Of a stretch of 53,765 nucleotides of DNA, positions 21,375-31,060 are shown in pieces. Source of the stretch: an uncultured Candidatus Saccharibacteria bacterium (GTDB taxonomy: Bacteria; Patescibacteriota; Minisyncoccia; Phycocordibacterales; CAIZLB01); the NCBI GenBank assembly GCA_964367655.1, contig CAYIYJ010000001.1, forward strand, positions 1 through 53,765, written 5' to 3'. Below the pieces are notes generated by a model. The model saw only the letters and a program-made list of their open reading frames with translations. It searched no databases and was not told the origin of the DNA. Numbering within the stretch: the first letter of the stretch is position 1; every line of letters begins with the position of its first letter. A program made the position numbers and the translations under genes.

Positions 21375-22565
21375 ATGACTCAACCAGAAAACACAGAACA
21401 CCTTATTGACACCCTTCTTAACCGTGGTGTTGATGAGATCATCCATAAAGCCGAGCTCGAAAAGAAACTTCGAGAGGGTTCCCCTTTACGTATCAAGCTT
21501 GGCATCGACCCAACAAGCCCAAACATCCACCTTGGACGAACAGTTCCCCTTCTCAAACTGCGAGATTTCCAAAACCTGGGACACAAAGTTATTTTCCTTA
21601 TCGGAGATTTTACAGGTGTTATCGGAGACACATCTGATAAGAATGCAGAACGTCCGATGCTTGTAGAGGATACTGTGAAGAAAAATATGGAAACATATCT
21701 AGAACAAGTTAGTAAGATTCTTGATATATCTAAAGTCGAAGTTCATAAAAACAGCGAATGGCTTTCTCCTCTTTCATACTTAGAGATATGTAAACAAGCT
21801 GATGCTTTTTCCATCAATGATTTTATTAGTCGAGAACTTATCGCCAAACGACTTGAGAGTGGTTCACGGGTATCAATGCGAGAACTTATGTATCCACTGA
21901 TGCAAGGATATGACTCTGTGGCATTGAAAGCAGATGTTGAACTTGGTGGAACCGATCAACGATTCAACCTACTTGCGGGAAGAACTCTACAAAAACTGTA
22001 CGGCCAACCTGAACAGCAGATTGTTATGTGTCCCCTTATCAACGGACTTGATGGACGAAAAATGAGTTCAAGTTGGGGCAATACTATCAACTTGATGGAT
22101 GATCCAAATACTATGTATGGAAAAGTGATGAGTATGCAGGATGACTTGATTGCGGAATATTTTACACTATTGACACGAGTGTTGACAGAACGTATCAACG
22201 AGATCAAAGCAGGTTTAGTTGATGCATCTATTCACCCAATGGAAGCAAAGAAAGAACTTGCTCATGTGTTGGTGACTATGTATCACAATAGTAACGAGGC
22301 TGATAAAGCTGCTGAGTACTTTAAGAAAACAATTCAAGACAAAGAAGTGCCGACTGAGGTTCCAGAATTTGAACTTGGGGCTGATGCAGACGTTGTTAGT
22401 GCTTTAGTTACTTCAGGACTTGTAAAAAGTAAAAGTGAGGCCCGTCGAGTATTAGACGAAAAAGGTATCAAGATCAATGGTGTTGTTGTGGAGGATACGA
22501 CTACGACACTAAAGAACGGTGACATACTACAAAAAGGTAAATTCAATTTTGCTAAAGTAAAATAG
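21375..22565 (+). CDS. tyrS: tyrosine--tRNA ligase
   Basis: HIGH-type motif (PTSPNIHLGR), KMSSS and a C-terminal S4-like domain. I prefer the internal ATG at 21375 (MTQPENTEHL). Confidence 0.9.
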   Translation: MTQPENTEHLIDTLLNRGVDEIIHKAELEKKLREGSPLRIKLGIDPTSPNIHLGRTVPLLKLRDFQNLGHKVIFLIGDFTGVIGDTSDKNAERPMLVEDTVKKNMETYLEQVSKILDISKVEVHKNSEWLSPLSYLEICKQADAFSINDFISRELIAKRLESGSRVSMRELMYPLMQGYDSVALKADVELGGTDQRFNLLAGRTLQKLYGQPEQQIVMCPLINGLDGRKMSSSWGNTINLMDDPNTMYGKVMSMQDDLIAEYFTLLTRVLTERINEIKAGLVDASIHPMEAKKELAHVLVTMYHNSNEADKAAEYFKKTIQDKEVPTEVPEFELGADADVVSALVTSGLVKSKSEARRVLDEKGIKINGVVVEDTTTTLKNGDILQKGKFNFAKVK

Positions 22566-22567
22566 AG

Positions 22568-23641
22568 ATGAAACCAATTCTTCAAAAGACATCTGCTATC
22601 GTTGATACACTCATCTCAGCCGTACAGAATGCTGAGAGAGAGGTCATATTGCAAACATTCTATTTTGACAATGATATCGTTGGCAAGAAGTTTTTGGAGG
22701 CTTTGATACACAAAGCTGCTCACGGAGTGAAAGTCACCTGTCTATTTGATGCGCTTGGCGCACGAGGGCTCAGTGGTAGTAAAGAAGAAAAACAAGCCAT
22801 AGCAGCCGGAGTACACATAGAGTATTTCAATTGGTTGACCCCTTGGAGCATACGAAATAAACGTTCATGGTTTTTTAGGAATCATAAACGCGTTTTAATC
22901 ATCGATGAGAAAAGTGTACATATAGGAGGTTGGTGTATTGGCAAAAAATCTTCTGATTGGATTGACAGTAACATAGAGATTACAAATCCACATGTTATTC
23001 ATCGTGCACTGGCGGATTTTAAAAACATGCACAAATTTGCTAAGAAAAGAACTCTCAAGTTTCAACATGAAAAAAGATTTACATATAGCCTTGAAGCCGA
23101 TCATACTCATCAATACGCATATCAAGCTCCTCTACTGCGTGCCCGACACATTTACTACACGTACATAAAATTAATCAAATCTGCAAATAAGGAAATTGTT
23201 TTAATAGCACCATATTTTGTACCTGGACGCCGACTAGTTCGAGAGATGCTGAAAGCAAAACGTAGAGGTGTTGATATTCACATCTACCTACCAAAATATA
23301 CAGATTACAGAACAGTTGATATCGCAGCACGAACTTTTTTTACAAAATTACTCCGATATAATATTCGTATTCATCTATGTTCAGAGATGTTGCATGCCAA
23401 AGTCTCTGTATTTGACGACACTGTGTTTGTAGGAAGTTTGAATCTGGACAACGTGTCTTTACGGTACAATTTTGAGAATGGAGTTTTTGTACGAGATGCC
23501 GGACTACTAACACAAATTCATGCAGATGTGGAATATCTAAAAACAACATCAACGCAGGTTGACTACACAGAGTGGCAACGCAGAAGCTGGTGGGATAAAC
23601 TGCTGGAGAGGATTGTCGGGGTAGTAAAAGGATTACTGTAA
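22568..23641 (+). CDS. phospholipase D-superfamily protein with two HKD motifs (cardiolipin synthase-like, no TM segments)
   Basis: HKRVLIIDEKSVHIGGWCIG and HAKVSVFDDTVFVGSLNLD. Confidence 0.7.
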   Translation: MKPILQKTSAIVDTLISAVQNAEREVILQTFYFDNDIVGKKFLEALIHKAAHGVKVTCLFDALGARGLSGSKEEKQAIAAGVHIEYFNWLTPWSIRNKRSWFFRNHKRVLIIDEKSVHIGGWCIGKKSSDWIDSNIEITNPHVIHRALADFKNMHKFAKKRTLKFQHEKRFTYSLEADHTHQYAYQAPLLRARHIYYTYIKLIKSANKEIVLIAPYFVPGRRLVREMLKAKRRGVDIHIYLPKYTDYRTVDIAARTFFTKLLRYNIRIHLCSEMLHAKVSVFDDTVFVGSLNLDNVSLRYNFENGVFVRDAGLLTQIHADVEYLKTTSTQVDYTEWQRRSWWDKLLERIVGVVKGLL

Positions 23642-23746
23642 AAGACCTGCATCCAAAAACCCTATCCCCTTGCCCCTTTCCTATCTTACTGCTACAATAC
23701 AGCCATATATATCAACACAATTTAAAGAAAAGATAAAAACAAAACC

Positions 23747-24292
23747 TTGGCACAACCATACAACCATCCCAGAAATAACACTCCCCGGATCAATATCAAC
23801 TACCACATTCGAGCTCCAGAACTTCGACTTATCGACGAAAATGGCAACAATATCGGAGTAGTCTCAAACAGTGAGGCTCAGAAGATGGCTCAGGAGGCCG
23901 GTTTGGACCTTATAGAGATATCACCAAATGCCAACCCTCCGGTTGCAAAAATCCAGGAGTATGGTAAATTTCAGTATGACGAGAACAAGAAGCAGAAAGC
24001 CTCAAAAGCTACTGCTAAGGTCGTTGAAGTAAAGAATATACAGATCAAAGTAGGTACAGGAGAGAATGACCTCGCGCTTAAGGCTAAAAAAGCCTCTGAG
24101 TGGCTTGAGGAAGGTAACCAGGTGAAAGTTGAGATCTTCCTATCAGGACGATCAAAATTCATCCTGAATGATGCGTTCCTAAGCGAACGTCTTCAAAAAT
24201 ACCTTAACCTTATCTCTGTAGACTACAAGATATCTGTCCCTATGAAGCGTGGTCCTAAAGGACCCGCACTCGTGATCGAAAGAAAGCGATAA
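23747..24292 (+). CDS. infC: translation initiation factor IF-3
   Basis: INYHIRAPELRLIDENGNNIGVV plus a C-terminal IF3 domain. The track start is a TTG codon; a non-AUG start is the classical IF3 autoregulatory feature. The exact start is uncertain. Confidence 0.88.
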   Translation: MAQPYNHPRNNTPRININYHIRAPELRLIDENGNNIGVVSNSEAQKMAQEAGLDLIEISPNANPPVAKIQEYGKFQYDENKKQKASKATAKVVEVKNIQIKVGTGENDLALKAKKASEWLEEGNQVKVEIFLSGRSKFILNDAFLSERLQKYLNLISVDYKISVPMKRGPKGPALVIERKR

Positions 24293-24390
24293 GATACACT
24301 TCACGACACATCCGTCGACAAGGCACTAGAAGTGGGAGGTTTACTTCCCCGCCTCGAGACTTATTAACATAACATATAATTCATTTCATT

Positions 24391-24582
24391 ATGGCTGTAA
24401 AAGCAAACAAATCTTTTGCCAAAAGACTTAAAGTAAGTAAAAATGGCAAAATAAAAGCACGTGTTCCAGGACACAACCACTTCAACGCAAAAGAGAGTGG
24501 ACGAAAACAAAGTAACAAACGAAGAATGGTCGACTTCAACATGTCTACAAAAGAGAAACGACGTTTCTTGGCTCATCTATAA
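24391..24582 (+). CDS. rpmI: 50S ribosomal protein L35
   Basis: 63 aa basic protein (KANKSFAKRLKVSKNGKIKARVPGHNHF) lying between infC and rplT. Confidence 0.9.
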   Translation: MAVKANKSFAKRLKVSKNGKIKARVPGHNHFNAKESGRKQSNKRRMVDFNMSTKEKRRFLAHL

Positions 24583-24625
24583 TTCTGATTGGCTTTTTAT
24601 TTATTTAATCTAAAAATATAAACAT

Positions 24626-24973
24626 ATGGTACGCGTAAAAAAAGGTGTTCACGCAGCAAAAACAAGACGAAATGTTCTTAAGATGGCCAAAGGATTCCGA
24701 GGACCACGAAAGAACAAAGAGAAACTAGCGTATGAACAGATCGTTCACTCATTAAACACAGCCTTCACACACCGACGAGATAAGAAGGGAGACTTTCGAC
24801 GATTGTGGAATGTTAAGATCAACGCCGCTCTACGAGCACAAGGTCTTACTTACAGTAAATTCATCGGTCTTCTAAAGAAGAAGAACATTGAAGTTGATCG
24901 AAAGATCATGGCTGACATGGCTCAACATGAACCTGAAGTATTCAATCGATTTGTTACATCAGTTACTGCATAA
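24626..24973 (+). CDS. rplT: 50S ribosomal protein L20
   Basis: MVRVKKGVHAAKTRRNVLKMAKGFRG is a canonical L20 N-terminus. Confidence 0.93.
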   Translation: MVRVKKGVHAAKTRRNVLKMAKGFRGPRKNKEKLAYEQIVHSLNTAFTHRRDKKGDFRRLWNVKINAALRAQGLTYSKFIGLLKKKNIEVDRKIMADMAQHEPEVFNRFVTSVTA

Positions 24974-24981
24974 CTTGCATA

Positions 24982-25022
24982 CAACAAAAAAACGTCTAGT
25001 TCGTCTAGACGTTTTTTTGTTG
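24982..25022. terminator. bidirectional intrinsic terminator
   Basis: Perfect long inverted repeat CAACAAAAAAACGTCTAG-ttcg-TCTAGACGTTTTTTTGTTG between the convergent genes rplT and the LOG-family gene. Confidence 0.8.
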
Positions 25023-25032
25023 TGACACCTTC

Positions 25033-25635
25033 CTATCTTCCATCCATCTCTTTTTTCTCTCGTACCAAGTTCAACACTTTGGTCACAAGAGTTCGAGGAT
25101 CTTTATCAAACACAATCCATCTGTCTTTTCGATGACTCTTCTCGATGATAAGCTTAATCACCTCATCAGTTTCCCAAAGATTACTTTCAAGTATACCAAG
25201 AGGTTTATCATCCTCAAACGCAATAGTAAACTCATGGATAGTTCCGATACGTCCTGGACCGATAATAATACCGTCACATGAACGAGTAAAGATAAGATCT
25301 CTTCCTGGATATCCAAAACCTGTAAATGAAATCAAATCCATATAATCCAACGGAAGTCGATATACATCAGTATGTTCTTTAGGGCTTACAGCTGGAGAGA
25401 ATCCTATAGACAATCCTCCGGCTTGTTTAGCGCCCATAGCTGACCAATACGGGAATCCAGTAGACGCACCAGTAACAACAATACCTCCTTGTTCAACAAC
25501 TTGTCGACCAAGCTCTTTTCCTATTTCACTTGCCTCTTGATTCAAAAAACTTCCGTCTGCTGAAGCACTGATACCTATTTTTGGTGTCAGATATGCTTTT
25601 TTAATATCAGATTGAATGGTTGAAGTTACTTTCAT
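25033..25635 (-). CDS. LOG / TIGR00725-family Rossmann-fold protein
   Basis: GIVVTGASTGFPYW and GPGRIGTIHE (PGGxGTxxE-like) motifs. Confidence 0.65.
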   Translation of the reverse strand: MKVTSTIQSDIKKAYLTPKIGISASADGSFLNQEASEIGKELGRQVVEQGGIVVTGASTGFPYWSAMGAKQAGGLSIGFSPAVSPKEHTDVYRLPLDYMDLISFTGFGYPGRDLIFTRSCDGIIIGPGRIGTIHEFTIAFEDDKPLGILESNLWETDEVIKLIIEKSHRKDRWIVFDKDPRTLVTKVLNLVREKKEMDGR

Positions 25636-25653
25636 AGCGTAAAGTATATCATG

Positions 25654-26646
25654 TTATAGTCGTACTAATCCAACAGGTACACGGTCTTCGAGCACATCTA
25701 TTATATTTTGTGCAGCAATACGAGACATCTCTTCGCGCGCATACACACTAGCTGATGCGATATGAGGAGTCAGGACAACATGTTCTAGTTTTGCTAAACC
25801 TTTTGTTAGTTTTGGTTCAAACTCAAACACATCAAGAGCTGCACCAGCAATCCATTTTTCTTTTAGAGCTTTAACCAATAGCACTTCGTCAACAACAGGT
25901 CCGCGAGATGTATTGATCAATACCGCATCTTTTTTCATCTTCTTTAAAAAAGATTCATTTACCATATGTCGAGTGCTTGGTAGTAGTGGAACATGCAGTG
26001 TGACCACATCTGACTGCTCCAACAATGATTCGATTGTCGGCATCTTTTTTGCGCCATATTCCTGCTCTAATTTTTCATTTGGTTTCAAATCAAAATACAA
26101 AATCTCAGTATCAAATCCTTTTTTAAAATGATATGCAGTTCTTTCCCCTATTCGCCCTGCACCAATAATACCGATTGTTTGTTTTGATATATTTTTACCT
26201 ACAAACAGCATGGGATCCCATCCGACATATTTTCCCTTTCGCATAAACCTATCTCCCGCAACCACACTGTTCACCAACGATAATGTAAGAGCTACCACGT
26301 GCTCAGCAACAGTATCACAATAATCCCCTGGCGTGTTTGTAACAGCAACATGCTTGTCAGATAAACCTTTCACATCTATGTTATCGAACCCTATCGCCAT
26401 GTTTGAAACAATCTTCAATCTTGGAGCATGTTCAAGTATATCCACACCGATCTTATCAGTGAGCAATGTTAGTACAGCATCATAACCTCGACCTTTTTTT
26501 TCAGCTTTACCTAGGATGGTATTTAACTTTCCAGGTTTTAAAGGTTTTGTATCAGCACCAACCACAACTTCATATCCTTTTTGAACCAACATATCAATTC
26601 CGTTTTGAGGAATAGCGCGAGTAACATATATTCGGTGAGTATTCAT
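25654..26646 (-). CDS. D-isomer-specific 2-hydroxyacid dehydrogenase (glyoxylate/hydroxypyruvate reductase-like)
   Basis: NAD site GIIGAGRIGERTA, then LINTSRGPVVDE and the catalytic HIASAS. Confidence 0.85.
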   Translation of the reverse strand: MNTHRIYVTRAIPQNGIDMLVQKGYEVVVGADTKPLKPGKLNTILGKAEKKGRGYDAVLTLLTDKIGVDILEHAPRLKIVSNMAIGFDNIDVKGLSDKHVAVTNTPGDYCDTVAEHVVALTLSLVNSVVAGDRFMRKGKYVGWDPMLFVGKNISKQTIGIIGAGRIGERTAYHFKKGFDTEILYFDLKPNEKLEQEYGAKKMPTIESLLEQSDVVTLHVPLLPSTRHMVNESFLKKMKKDAVLINTSRGPVVDEVLLVKALKEKWIAGAALDVFEFEPKLTKGLAKLEHVVLTPHIASASVYAREEMSRIAAQNIIDVLEDRVPVGLVRL

Positions 26647-26670
26647 ATATATCTAATACTACCGAAAGCA

Positions 26671-28122
26671 CTAATAAAGCACAACAGTATCTCCGTCTTG
26701 AGGGTGTGTAGCATCTACCCCTAGATAATCACGAAGTCGTTGTACAAGAAACAATGCAGACTTACTTTCGCCCATAGTAACAAACACTTTCTTAACACTG
26801 TGTGCAGTATCCTCGACAAAAGAAACCAGGTGATCTGAATCTTTGTGACCTGAATATCCATCAATGGTTCGAATCTCAGCATGTACAGGGACGCTTGTTC
26901 CATAGACTTCAACTACTTTAGCACCATCTCGAATCTCTCTACCGAGAGTTCCTAGAGCTTGAAAACCCATGAACAACAGGATTGTATTTGTATCACCGAG
27001 ATAGTTAAGTTCGTGATGTAAAATACGGCCACCTGTCGACATACCAGAACCTGCCATGATGATCTTTGGGTTTTTAGTAAACTTTATAGATTTTGATTCT
27101 TCCGCATCACGGATGATCTTCAGTGTTTTAAAATTCAAAATATCATCACCGTGTGTACGTCTTTCTGTTGCCTCCTTGTTATAGTCTTTGATGTATTTTT
27201 TGTATACAGGAATAAGTTTTGAAGCCAAAGGAGAATCCAGATACAGTGGAATCTCTCGAACGATACCGTCCTCAAACAACTTATTGATCTCGTACATAAC
27301 CTCTTGCGTTTTTTCTAGAGAGAAAGAAGGAATAAGCAGTATCCCTTGTCGGCTAATAGTGTCCTCAATAGCCTCCTGCAGCTTCCTCACGCGTTCTGGT
27401 TTATCTTCATGATTACGATCACCATATACACTCTCCATAACAACATAATCGACATCCTCAATCTTCTCTGTATCTTTTAAGATAGGTGCAGGACTGTTGC
27501 CCAAGTCTCCAGTAAACAAAAACTTACGTACAACACCATTTAAAGGAACAGATATCTCAAACATAGAAGAACCGAGCACATGCCCAGCATCCTTCAAGAA
27601 AACAGATATCTTTTCTTCACCCTTCTCACCTTCCGCTGAAAACAGTGTGAAGTCTTTGTGATAAGGAATAGTTTTCCACAAATCAAAAGCTCTGCGCACA
27701 TCCTCCGCTTCAAACAAAGCAGGTTTGTGTTCATGCTCAGCTTCTTGAGTGATAATCTTCAAACAATCATCAAGCATGTATACAGATAAGTCTCGAGTCT
27801 CCGGAGTACTGTATATTATTCCTCTAAAACCATGTCGAACAAGTTTTGGTATAAGTCCGATGTGATCCATGTGGGCATGCGTTACAAGCAATATATCGAT
27901 ATCTGCAGGATCAAATATAAAAGGAGAAGCGTTATAGGTCTTGGCTTTTGCAGTACCTTGTTCCATACCACAATCAACAAGAACCTTTCGATGCTTACCG
28001 TCTTTTTTGTAAATCTCAAAAAGAAAGTTGGCACCTGTCACAGAAGTGACACCGCCACAGAATGTAATATGAGCACACTCCTCTTCTACTTTATTTACTT
28101 TTTTAGTCGTTGATGGAAACAT
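26671..28122 (-). CDS. MBL-fold beta-CASP ribonuclease
   Basis: THAHMDHIG (HxHxDH) with beta-CASP-type later motifs (GDLGN, ESVYGDRNH, SGHKDS). The 5' end overlaps the upstream gene by 28 nt, so the start is uncertain. Confidence 0.8.
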   Translation of the reverse strand: MFPSTTKKVNKVEEECAHITFCGGVTSVTGANFLFEIYKKDGKHRKVLVDCGMEQGTAKAKTYNASPFIFDPADIDILLVTHAHMDHIGLIPKLVRHGFRGIIYSTPETRDLSVYMLDDCLKIITQEAEHEHKPALFEAEDVRRAFDLWKTIPYHKDFTLFSAEGEKGEEKISVFLKDAGHVLGSSMFEISVPLNGVVRKFLFTGDLGNSPAPILKDTEKIEDVDYVVMESVYGDRNHEDKPERVRKLQEAIEDTISRQGILLIPSFSLEKTQEVMYEINKLFEDGIVREIPLYLDSPLASKLIPVYKKYIKDYNKEATERRTHGDDILNFKTLKIIRDAEESKSIKFTKNPKIIMAGSGMSTGGRILHHELNYLGDTNTILLFMGFQALGTLGREIRDGAKVVEVYGTSVPVHAEIRTIDGYSGHKDSDHLVSFVEDTAHSVKKVFVTMGESKSALFLVQRLRDYLGVDATHPQDGDTVVLY

Positions 28123-28508
28123 ATGTAACTAAGTATTCCACCAAATGTATCCATTAGCAAATCTTTTATAGTATCAAACCAGAAACTACCACCAAAGATA
28201 ACAGACACTTTATAAAAAACTTCAACAAGCTCCCAGACAAGACCAACACCTAGTACTAAAAACAACGTATACCAGAACTGTGGAGTGTTATCATATTTTT
28301 CTTTTGTAAAAAACCAACGCAATAACCCAAGAGCAACTATACCTACACCAAATCCTCCAAGAAAATGCATCGGCGTATCGAACCATTTATATATATAGAA
28401 GATATGGAACCGTACAGCAAGTTCGTTTATACACAGTAAAAGAAACAAACACACAAAACCTAATCCCAATATCTTTTTGTATGAGTATCTGTCCATAAGC
28501 TTCAGCAA
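28095..28508 (-). CDS. small 4-TM membrane protein, unknown function
   Basis: 137 aa with HFLGGFGVG, VWELVEVFY and DTIKDLLMDTFGG. This resembles half of the DUF2238-like gene at 31061-31663 (E..EW and D...D...D..G patterns). Confidence 0.6.
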   Translation of the reverse strand: MLKLMDRYSYKKILGLGFVCLFLLLCINELAVRFHIFYIYKWFDTPMHFLGGFGVGIVALGLLRWFFTKEKYDNTPQFWYTLFLVLGVGLVWELVEVFYKVSVIFGGSFWFDTIKDLLMDTFGGILSYICFHQRLKK

Positions 28509-28668
28509 GAGTTAACTTATACTTAACTCTTAGTGAAGCCCCCCAATGAGTTGGACCTAGTGAAAACTAGGTGGGTGATCCGAGAAAGAAACCAAGGCCT
28601 CCTTCTACGACGATCTCCCTGAAAAAAATTGTTTAAGCCAACTATCAGGAGACTCTTTTATTATACCA
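28509..28668 (-). promoter_or_regulatory. structured ~150-nt leader, candidate cis-regulatory RNA
   Basis: On the minus strand, TGgTATAAT sits right after the upstream stop codon. It is followed by stems TCTCCTGA/TCAGGGAGA, ACCTAG/CTAGGT and AGAGTTAA/TTAACTCT just before the ATG. Confidence 0.35.
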
Positions 28669-29292
28669 CTACTTACTCAACTTCAAGCTAGACAATTGCT
28701 GAATTTCTTTGTTTTGTACTTCGATGATCTTTTTTGCAAAATCTCGCATAGTCTCAACGTTTGGATGAGATTCACGAACGGTTAATTCTCCATCTGTACT
28801 ACTTCGCTCTTTATCAGTTTTATCGAAGAAAGCCAGAAGCTCTTCTGCCATCTCAACAGCCATCTTATGATGCTTGATCATTCCTTCTACATATCTTTGC
28901 TCCAGCACAGCACCTGTTGTACTTGCTGTATCCATCATAGGAATATACTTTTTTGCATGAGATGCACCTGACAGATCAAACTCCATACCAAACCATTCTT
29001 CATACCAGTTCAGCATCTGAATAATTTCGAATGTTTGATTATCGATGATTCGTCCTGACAAGATCTTAACATCTACATTTTCAGCAGTTCTGTCCTCCGC
29101 AATCTGCATAGAGGTTCGAACGGCCTCTTGATGATGAGGAACCATCAACTCTATGAAGGTTTTTGTAGCAGCATCAGGAGTTGTGATGGACTTATCGATA
29201 AAGTGGTGGGTACCACCTGTTTTTATAAAAATAGCGATGATTGCCAAAATGACAACTATGGCTATAATGATGAGGGTTGAAGGTTTACGCAT
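28669..29292 (-). CDS. DUF305-family protein, N-terminal TM anchor
   Basis: Two HH-containing DUF305 repeats (MVPHHQEAV, MIKHHKMAVEMA). I prefer the start at MRKPST (29292) because the track extension runs through tRNA-Leu. Confidence 0.75.
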   Translation of the reverse strand: MRKPSTLIIIAIVVILAIIAIFIKTGGTHHFIDKSITTPDAATKTFIELMVPHHQEAVRTSMQIAEDRTAENVDVKILSGRIIDNQTFEIIQMLNWYEEWFGMEFDLSGASHAKKYIPMMDTASTTGAVLEQRYVEGMIKHHKMAVEMAEELLAFFDKTDKERSSTDGELTVRESHPNVETMRDFAKKIIEVQNKEIQQLSSLKLSK

Positions 29293-29313
29293 ACATGCTA
29301 TTATAGCACATAT

Positions 29314-29394
29314 GCCGAAGTGGCGGAATGGTAGACGCACACGACTCAAAATCGTGCGGGGCAACCCGTGAGAGTTCAAGTCTCTCCTTCGGCA
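29314..29394 (+). tRNA. tRNA-Leu(CAA)
   Basis: Manual cloverleaf: acceptor GCCGAAG/CTTCGGC, anticodon arm CACGA-CTCAAAA-TCGTG, a long variable arm (CGGGGCAACCCGT) and T arm GAGAG-TTCAAGT-CTCTC. CCA is not encoded. Confidence 0.9.
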
Positions 29395-29438
29395 CAAACA
29401 ACAAAAACACCCTTGAAAGAGGGTGTTTTTGTTGTTTG
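29395..29438. terminator. 19-bp perfect inverted repeat after tRNA-Leu
   Basis: CAAACAACAAAAACACCCT-tgaaag-AGGGTGTTTTTGTTGTTTG. Confidence 0.75.
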
Positions 29439-29652
29439 GCACGAAGAGCAAGTGCTAATGCACTTGCGTGGGAGACTTGAAGGGCTTTGTGATGTTTTTG
29501 AGGATTCGAAGAATCTGAAAAAACCACAAAGGCGTACTGGTCCTGTAAGGACCAAGTCTCTATACTTTGGCATAAAAAATTCCCCAGAGGCATCCTAAGT
29601 CTTTGTTAGACCTTGGAATACCTCTGAGGATTGAACGGACTCTGTTGTCTCC

Positions 29653-29955
29653 TCAACCTGTACAATGCGTACACTCCCCACACCCATCCCCTGTACTTTG
29701 ACGACTCCCTTTCGCAGGATCACTACCCTTCTTCCCCTTCCCATACAGATCAAGCGTCCTCTGACCATCGTCGAACGGCAACTCCGGAACTTTATCCATA
29801 CTCGCAGAATTTATCAAGGCCTGCCCCAGCATATCCAACCGCTCCGCCTCAGATACACCAGGGGCGAAGAGGCTTTCGATCAATTTGACATCAGCCGGGG
29901 TTGTTGGAATAAGCGATATAGATCCGCCACCACCTGCATTAAGAATAACATTCAT
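29653..29955 (-). CDS. small orphan protein with a C-terminal CxxCxxC motif
   Basis: 100 aa from the ATG at 29955 (the track start is a TTG 9 nt upstream). It ends in GDGCGECTHCTG and has elevated GC. A hairpin plus T-run follows on the minus strand (29585-29630). Confidence 0.45.
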   Translation of the reverse strand: MNVILNAGGGGSISLIPTTPADVKLIESLFAPGVSEAERLDMLGQALINSASMDKVPELPFDDGQRTLDLYGKGKKGSDPAKGSRQSTGDGCGECTHCTG

Positions 29956-30101
29956 AAAAAACAAAGTTCTTGATTGTTTAAAAAATTGGAACCCACACAG
30001 GCTCCGCCCCTACATAATGACCCCAAAAACCAAAACCGACCACTTCCCTTTTTTCACAAAAAGTATCGTAATTTGCGGTAGATGTGCTATGCTCAATCTA
30101 C

Positions 30102-31007
30102 ATGAAAAAACCAAAGGTTATAGTTATATGTGGACCCACAGCGACAGGAAAAAGTGACCTGGCTGTTTCTATAGCTAAACACCTGCAGAAAGCAGAGGTT
30201 ATCTCGACCGACTCAAGACAGATATATAGATATCTTGACCTCGGCACCGGAAAGATAACAAGAGATGAGATGCAGTCTATTCCTCATCACATGCTTGATC
30301 TTATAACACCATTCAACACATATACCGTAGATCGATTCAGAAGAGAGGCTGGACAGATTCTTACAGATATATGCAACAGATCAAACACTCCCATACTTTG
30401 TGGTGGAACAGGGTTATACATCGAAGCACTCATTCACGATCTAAACTTTCCTGATGTTTCTATAAACCAAACACTCCGAGATGAACTTGAAACAAAAACA
30501 GTTGATGAATTAACTTCTCAATTTCACGAACTTAACAAAGATAAACCTCACAACGTAGATTTAAAAAATAAAAGAAAAATAATCCGCGCTATCGAAGTCA
30601 TACAAGAACTAGGTGCTATTCCCCCACTTGAGAAAAAAGATATCTACGATGTTTTATATATAGGACTCAACGGATCAGATACTGTTCTTCAAGAAAAAAT
30701 AAAAAACCGAATAGACACTCGGATAGAAAAAGGAATGATACAAGAATCAGAAGATTTACTACGACAAGGCGCCCTCACACACGAACGAATGCAAACTCTT
30801 GGTTTGGAATATAAGTTTATATCCGACTTATTACAAAAGAAGATCAACCTTGAAGAATTTAAACGCAGACTATTCTTCGCTATTTGGCACTACGCAAAAC
30901 GACAGAGAACTTGGTTTAAGAGAAATAAAGATATTCACTGGTTTGATATACAAGATACGGATCTACTAGAGAAAACTAAAAGTTTGATAACTCAGTTTTT
31001 AAAATAA
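30102..31007 (+). CDS. miaA: tRNA dimethylallyltransferase
   Basis: P-loop ICGPTATGKSDLA, then DSRQIYRYLDLGTGK and the KRQRTWFKR motif. TGcTATGCT lies 8 nt upstream of the ATG at 30102. Confidence 0.9.
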   Translation: MKKPKVIVICGPTATGKSDLAVSIAKHLQKAEVISTDSRQIYRYLDLGTGKITRDEMQSIPHHMLDLITPFNTYTVDRFRREAGQILTDICNRSNTPILCGGTGLYIEALIHDLNFPDVSINQTLRDELETKTVDELTSQFHELNKDKPHNVDLKNKRKIIRAIEVIQELGAIPPLEKKDIYDVLYIGLNGSDTVLQEKIKNRIDTRIEKGMIQESEDLLRQGALTHERMQTLGLEYKFISDLLQKKINLEEFKRRLFFAIWHYAKRQRTWFKRNKDIHWFDIQDTDLLEKTKSLITQFLK

Positions 31008-31060
31008 AAAACCTGTAGGGTGCGGTGTGCAGAATACAATATCCACACACCTATATTCTA

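Noticed and set aside
29285-29598. Track ORFs 29285-29593, 29368-29598, 29376-29573 and the N-terminal 53 codons of 28669-29451
   Set aside because: They overlap tRNA-Leu and the 19-bp inverted repeat, so they are non-coding.
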